Source of the DNA: Spirochaetota bacterium
Lineage (GTDB): Bacteria; Spirochaetota; UBA6919; CBDBPB01
Direction of reading: 5' to 3'
NCBI GenBank assembly: GCA_965208615.1
Contig: CBDBPB010000004.1
Span: 128,001-192,000 of the forward strand
Length of the DNA: 64,000 bases
Below are positions 59,073 through 64,000 of this stretch, piece by piece (position 1 is the first letter of the stretch; each line of letters starts with the position of its first letter). A program made the position numbers and the translations under genes. Under the pieces are notes generated by a model. The model did no database searches and was not told where the DNA came from. It worked only from the letters and a program-made list of their open reading frames with translations.

Positions 59073-61238
59073 TTGAAAGATATATATAAGCCTAATATTA
59101 AAAAAAACTTTACAAGGCGTATTTACGCTTTAGTAGGAGTTTTCTTATTAATTCTTATTTTATTAGTTTTAAAGATAGGCTATATTCAGGTGGTTAAAGA
59201 GGACTATTACCAAAAGTTTGCTCAAGGACAAGTAGAACAGAGGGTGCCTATTAGAGCTACCAGAGGGCTAATTTATGATAGAAATGGTGAACTAATCGTT
59301 GATAATAGACGCGGCTATTCTGTATTTATTATACCAGCATACTTTCCTAAAAACAAAATAAAAAGAGAAAAGTTAATTAAATATTTAGCTTCTACACTAA
59401 ATATAACCATTAATGACATTAAAAACAAGATTGAAATTAAGGATAGATATTTACAAAATAAATATACTCCCGTTCTTCTTAAGCGTGACATAAATAGCAA
59501 TATTGCTTTTATTCTAAAAGAAAATGAAGACTACTTTGAGGGAGTAGAAGTTAATGTTATCCCCATGAGGCGATATTTAATGGGTAATAATCTTGCACAT
59601 ATCCTTGGTTATACTGGTATTATTGACTCAAAAACATGGTCAGCCTATAAAAAGATATATAGTGATGAAAATCCTTATGAGGATAAAAACATTGCTATTG
59701 GTAAGCGTGGTCTTGAAAAGGGTATGGATTTACAATTAAGAGGAAAAGATGGTGTTGCTGTTAGGTTAGTTGACTCCAGAGGAAAGCCTATAGACGCTAA
59801 TGTTGACTCTAGAGAAAAACTAATAATAGAGTCTAAAAGTGTTATAAAAAAGCCTTTTGGTGGTAAACAAATATATTTGACTATTGATAAAAAACTCCAA
59901 AGTGTAGCAAAAGATTCTTTAAACGGAAAAAGAGGCGTAGTTATTATATCTAAGCCTTCTAATGGTGAAATATTAGCTTTAGTTAGCAATCCTTCATTTG
60001 ATCCTAAAATATTTATTAAAAGACAAGCTAGGTTAATTAAAGAGTTGGATGAACGACCTGATACACCATGGTTTAATAGAGCCATTAATGGAGCTTATGC
60101 CCCCAGTTCTGTTTTTAAGTTAGTTGTTGCATTAGCGGCTCTAGATGGTAAAGGTATTAATCCTAATAAAAAGTTTAATTGTACTGGTATGGTAGCGGCT
60201 GGAAATCGTTATTTTAGGTGTCATGCAATACACGGTAGACTTAATATGATACAGGCTATTAGAGATTCTTGTAATTCTTATTTCTATCAGCTGGGGGATG
60301 AAATAGGATGGAATATTATTTATAAATATGCCACTATGTTTAACCTCACTAAACCTTATGAACTATTTAAAGGAATGAGGATTACAGGTTTTGTCCCCAA
60401 TGCTAAACTAAAGAAAAAAAACTATAATGAACCTTGGTATAAAGGAGACACTTTTAATCACTCTATAGGACAAGGTTATACTTTATTACCTCCTTTAAAG
60501 GTTCATAATATTATATCTGCAATAGCAGGTGATGGAGTTTTATATAAGCTTAAATTAATAAAAAAGATAGTTGGCCCAAATAACAAAGAAGGAACTATTG
60601 AACCAAAGCCTATTCTTTTGCAAAAAAAGTTTATCTCTGACTCAACACTAAAAACTTTAAAACAAGCTGTACTAAGCGTAGTAACCCACGGAACTGCTAG
60701 CTACTATGGAAAGTTTTCAAAAACTTATTTGATTGCTGGTAAAACAGGAACTGCCCAAAATGCTAATAATCACCCCCATGCATGGTTTAGTGCTTATGCT
60801 CCATATAATTCAAAATCTCCAGATGACAGAATTGTAGTTACCGTCTTAGTTGAAAACACTCCAAAAGGTGGAGGTGGAACAATAGCAGCTCCTATTGCTA
60901 CTGCCATTATTAAGTATTATTTTGAAGGTACCTCTTTAGCTCAAACTCAAAAAGAAATGGGCAGAATCGACCTTTTTAATATTAAAGTTAATAACAACGA
61001 AAATCAAAATGATAATAAGAAAAAAGATTTATTAAATAATTCCTTAAATAAAAAATACCTCAAAAATACTACTAATAAACCAAAACCTAAATATATTAAA
61101 CCTAAAAGGATAAAAAAATATAGACTAAAAAATATTAAAAAGAAGACTAAACATAAAAAAAATAAAACCTTAGCTACTAAACAAAATCAAAAAACCAATA
61201 CAAAAAATGAAAAAAATAAGATAGCTAAAGATTCTTAA
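59073..61238 (+). CDS. mrdA: Penicillin-binding protein 2
   Basis: RGLIYDRNG, SVFK (SxxK), SCN (SxN), KTGT; basic C-terminal tail; TTG start. Confidence 0.95.
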   Translation: MKDIYKPNIKKNFTRRIYALVGVFLLILILLVLKIGYIQVVKEDYYQKFAQGQVEQRVPIRATRGLIYDRNGELIVDNRRGYSVFIIPAYFPKNKIKREKLIKYLASTLNITINDIKNKIEIKDRYLQNKYTPVLLKRDINSNIAFILKENEDYFEGVEVNVIPMRRYLMGNNLAHILGYTGIIDSKTWSAYKKIYSDENPYEDKNIAIGKRGLEKGMDLQLRGKDGVAVRLVDSRGKPIDANVDSREKLIIESKSVIKKPFGGKQIYLTIDKKLQSVAKDSLNGKRGVVIISKPSNGEILALVSNPSFDPKIFIKRQARLIKELDERPDTPWFNRAINGAYAPSSVFKLVVALAALDGKGINPNKKFNCTGMVAAGNRYFRCHAIHGRLNMIQAIRDSCNSYFYQLGDEIGWNIIYKYATMFNLTKPYELFKGMRITGFVPNAKLKKKNYNEPWYKGDTFNHSIGQGYTLLPPLKVHNIISAIAGDGVLYKLKLIKKIVGPNNKEGTIEPKPILLQKKFISDSTLKTLKQAVLSVVTHGTASYYGKFSKTYLIAGKTGTAQNANNHPHAWFSAYAPYNSKSPDDRIVVTVLVENTPKGGGGTIAAPIATAIIKYYFEGTSLAQTQKEMGRIDLFNIKVNNNENQNDNKKKDLLNNSLNKKYLKNTTNKPKPKYIKPKRIKKYRLKNIKKKTKHKKNKTLATKQNQKTNTKNEKNKIAKDS

Positions 61239-61324
61239 TTTTTTATTTATCCAAAAATAGATATAAATTAGACTGGAATAGCTATTAATTAATTTACTAC
61301 TTTTATCATTAATACGGCGGAAAA

Positions 61325-62803
61325 ATGACTTTTAACAAAAGTAAAACCTTTAACTTTAGTATAGATGTCATACTCATAGGAGTTATGGCTATTCTTATTG
61401 TAATAGGTATTGCTTTTATATATAGTGCAGAGAGTTATCATGATCAAAATAGTTCTATTTTATCGCAGTCATATATAAAACAGTTGATATTTTTAATACC
61501 AGGCATTCTATTATTTATTTTTTTCGTATTTATTAACTATCAAAAAATTACAAGGGTTGCATTACTTAGTTATCTAGTTATAATTACGTTGCTTATTTTA
61601 GTACTTCTCATAGGTAAGAGAGTTCATGGAGCAAAAAGCTGGTTTAACTTCTTTGGATTATTTGCTTTTCAGCCTTCTGAAATAGCTAAGTTATTTTTAA
61701 TATTTATCCTCGCTAAATATATAGATAAGATTGGTAAGGATATTACCAGACTCCATCATTTTCTTATATGTGTAGCAATATCTTTACCTCCTACTTTTTT
61801 AGTGATTATCCAGCCCGATTTAGGGACTGCTTTAGTATATATCCCCATTACCTTGGCTATGTTATTTATTGGTGGAGCAAAAATACGCCATTTAATAGTA
61901 ACCATTGCTATAGGACTGATTGCTATTTCTATTGGAATATTTAGTAATTACCAGCTTAAACTCAATGAAAAATATATTCCAAAAGATAAAATTGATGCTA
62001 TGGTCAAAAATAGCTATATATATTCCAATATTTTAAGTAGCTCTGACATAAAAGAACTTAAAAAAGTAAAAATTAATAATATATCTAATATAAAAGCCCT
62101 TAGAAAAGCCGTTAAAAAAAAGATAAAGGTACTAAAGAAAATTGTTATTTATAAGACCGTAAAACTTAGTATTATATTTTTACTTGCTGGTATAGTTGTT
62201 TTCACTTTTGCTAACTTATTAAAGGTTAAGATATTAAATACTATAACCCTGGTATTATTAGTATTTGCTATAGGCTTATTAAGCTCTATTATTTCCCAGT
62301 CAACGTTAAAACCACACCATACAACAAGAATATTAAGTTTTATCGATCAAGACAAGGATCCAAAAGGAGTTGGCTATAATCAAAGACAAAGTATTATTGC
62401 TATTGGTTCAGGAGGTGCTACTGGACATGGTTGGCTTCAAGGACCACAAAATCGTCTTAATTTTATCCCAGAAAAGAAAACTGACTTTATCTTTGCTGTT
62501 ATCCTTGAAGAATTAGGGTTTTTAAAAGGTACTATTCTTATTATTTTTCTCTATTCGGTCTTAATTTATAAGGGATTTATTATTGCCTATAACTCAAAAG
62601 ACCATTTTGGAACCCTTATTGCAACCGGAATAACAACAATGTTTTTCATTCATATATTCATAAATATAGGTATGTGTATAGGTATTCTCCCTGTAATGGG
62701 TATACCTCTTCCTTTTCTTAGTTCAGGAGGGTCATCCCTTATCACAAACATAATAGGTATTGCATTACTAGTCAATATAGACAATAGAAAATATGTTCAT
62801 TAA
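61325..62803 (+). CDS. rodA: Rod shape-determining protein RodA (SEDS family)
   Basis: GAKSW, FQPSEIAK, QPDLGTA, AIGSGG, PEKKTDFIF, GIPLPFLSSGGSS. Confidence 0.95.
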   Translation: MTFNKSKTFNFSIDVILIGVMAILIVIGIAFIYSAESYHDQNSSILSQSYIKQLIFLIPGILLFIFFVFINYQKITRVALLSYLVIITLLILVLLIGKRVHGAKSWFNFFGLFAFQPSEIAKLFLIFILAKYIDKIGKDITRLHHFLICVAISLPPTFLVIIQPDLGTALVYIPITLAMLFIGGAKIRHLIVTIAIGLIAISIGIFSNYQLKLNEKYIPKDKIDAMVKNSYIYSNILSSSDIKELKKVKINNISNIKALRKAVKKKIKVLKKIVIYKTVKLSIIFLLAGIVVFTFANLLKVKILNTITLVLLVFAIGLLSSIISQSTLKPHHTTRILSFIDQDKDPKGVGYNQRQSIIAIGSGGATGHGWLQGPQNRLNFIPEKKTDFIFAVILEELGFLKGTILIIFLYSVLIYKGFIIAYNSKDHFGTLIATGITTMFFIHIFINIGMCIGILPVMGIPLPFLSSGGSSLITNIIGIALLVNIDNRKYVH

Positions 62804-62809
62804 TTAAGT

Positions 62810-63955
62810 TCAGTTAACTAAGAAGTTTTTATGATAGTTAGTTAAGTTTTTATATCCTTTTTCCGTAACTAAAATAATATCCTCTATTCTGATCCCCCCA
62901 TGCTCAGGATCATATAATCCTGGTTCAATGGCAATAACATTACCCGGTTCAAGTTTGATATTCTGATTAAAAAGTTGAGGACTCTCATGAACATCAAGAC
63001 CAAGACCGTGTCCAATAGAATGAATAAAACCATACTTCATCATAGGCTCATAAGGTTTTTGATCCATTAGTGTAGGAAAACCATATTCTCTAAAACACTC
63101 ACAGGCAGTCTTATAAAGATAAGAGCCGTTTATTCCAGGTTTAATCTCGCTAATAACCTTTTGTTGAGTTTTTAATACAGCCTCATACATTTTATGAATA
63201 TGCTTACTAGCCCCTCCTTTTATTAATGTACGAGTCATATCTGAAAAATAACGGTTTTCTTTGTGATATGGATACATGTCAATCAATATAGGCTCATTAG
63301 CCATAATATTGTTTTCACCGATATAGTGGGGGTTAGCGGCATTTTTACCACAGGCTATAATTGTTTCAAGTATATGGCAGTCTTCTTTCAAAAGCGATAG
63401 TTCAATGGCTTTTTTGAGCTTGGATGAAGTTAAAGGTGAATTATCATACATCAAAAATCCATTTTTTATTTTAGAGCTTTTAATCATATTTTCAACTATA
63501 CTCATTGTATTTTCTAATGATTTTTGTGTTTTTCTAATGAATAAGATTTCCTCATCTGTTTTAATACTTCTTTCTTTGACAAAGAGTTTACAGTCTATTA
63601 TTATTTTAATTCCAAGTTTTGATAATCCGCTTGCATAAAAGACCGGAAAGTTTTTTGGTATAGTTATTGTTTTGACTTTAAAGTAGTCCATTATTTCTTT
63701 TAGCATCATTACAAAAGCCCAATCTTTGTGTTTAAGTAGTTTTACTTTTTTGGGATAACCAAAATCCTGATAAGAATATATATTTTTTATCTTTGATTTC
63801 TTTATACACATAGCCGTTGCAACAGGGGATATAATATTACCTATACCATTGCAATACAAATATACAAATGGTACAGAACTTAAAAATCTTGTTTTATAAA
63901 AGAGATTGGTATTTTGATAGCTATCGTCAAAAATAAGAATTGATCTATTTTCCAT
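62810..63955 (-). CDS. Xaa-Pro peptidase (M24 family)
   Basis: RSIKTDEEI, PH, YFSDMTRT, HSIGHGLGLDVHESP, IEPGLY, GIRIEDI. Confidence 0.93.
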   Translation of the reverse strand: MENRSILIFDDSYQNTNLFYKTRFLSSVPFVYLYCNGIGNIISPVATAMCIKKSKIKNIYSYQDFGYPKKVKLLKHKDWAFVMMLKEIMDYFKVKTITIPKNFPVFYASGLSKLGIKIIIDCKLFVKERSIKTDEEILFIRKTQKSLENTMSIVENMIKSSKIKNGFLMYDNSPLTSSKLKKAIELSLLKEDCHILETIIACGKNAANPHYIGENNIMANEPILIDMYPYHKENRYFSDMTRTLIKGGASKHIHKMYEAVLKTQQKVISEIKPGINGSYLYKTACECFREYGFPTLMDQKPYEPMMKYGFIHSIGHGLGLDVHESPQLFNQNIKLEPGNVIAIEPGLYDPEHGGIRIEDIILVTEKGYKNLTNYHKNFLVN

Positions 63956-64000
63956 AAAGTTGCACCTTAATGTTTAACTATCGGATAGCTTATAAACTAA

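Noticed and set aside
992-63638. Short ORFs antisense to or nested in long genes (e.g. 992-1273, 5237-5599, 11468-11845, 24010-24747, 45935-46402, 59675-60085)
   Set aside because: These are shadow ORFs on the opposite strand of well-supported genes, with no recognisable motifs.

Overview
AT-rich bacterial chromosomal window, most likely Spirochaetota (spiro-SPASM radical SAM protein, Maf/DUF115 protein, MCPs). It mainly carries housekeeping genes: dnaG (partial), lexA, ileS, valS, tlyA, csp, birA-coaX, rnhC, a UbiD-family decarboxylase, ferritin, der and mreB-mreC-mreD-mrdA-rodA, plus several lipoproteins. No rRNA, tRNA, CRISPR array, transposase or integrase gene was recognised. The striking feature is a dispersed non-coding element present in four well-preserved copies (3028-4500 +, 25624-27456 +, 43643-45200 -, 54518-55196 +) and at least two decayed relics. 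Each copy has an exactly 304-bp inner module bounded by nested inverted repeats, and copies A-C have imperfect ~40-bp outer inverted ends. The left end is tandemly amplified into arrays with different unit lengths (12x74 bp, 5x222 bp plus one 74-bp unit, ~6x169 bp, or a single 74-bp unit). All units start with the same ~46-bp core, and all three unit lengths are integer multiples of ~10.57 bp. Other notable items: an MCP fused to a C-terminal LivJ-type binding domain, two lipoproteins sharing a 4-Cys/Trp module, an rnhC lacking a canonical start codon, and an orphan V-ATPase subunit E. All calls come from reading the sequence and recalled family motifs; no database searches were run.
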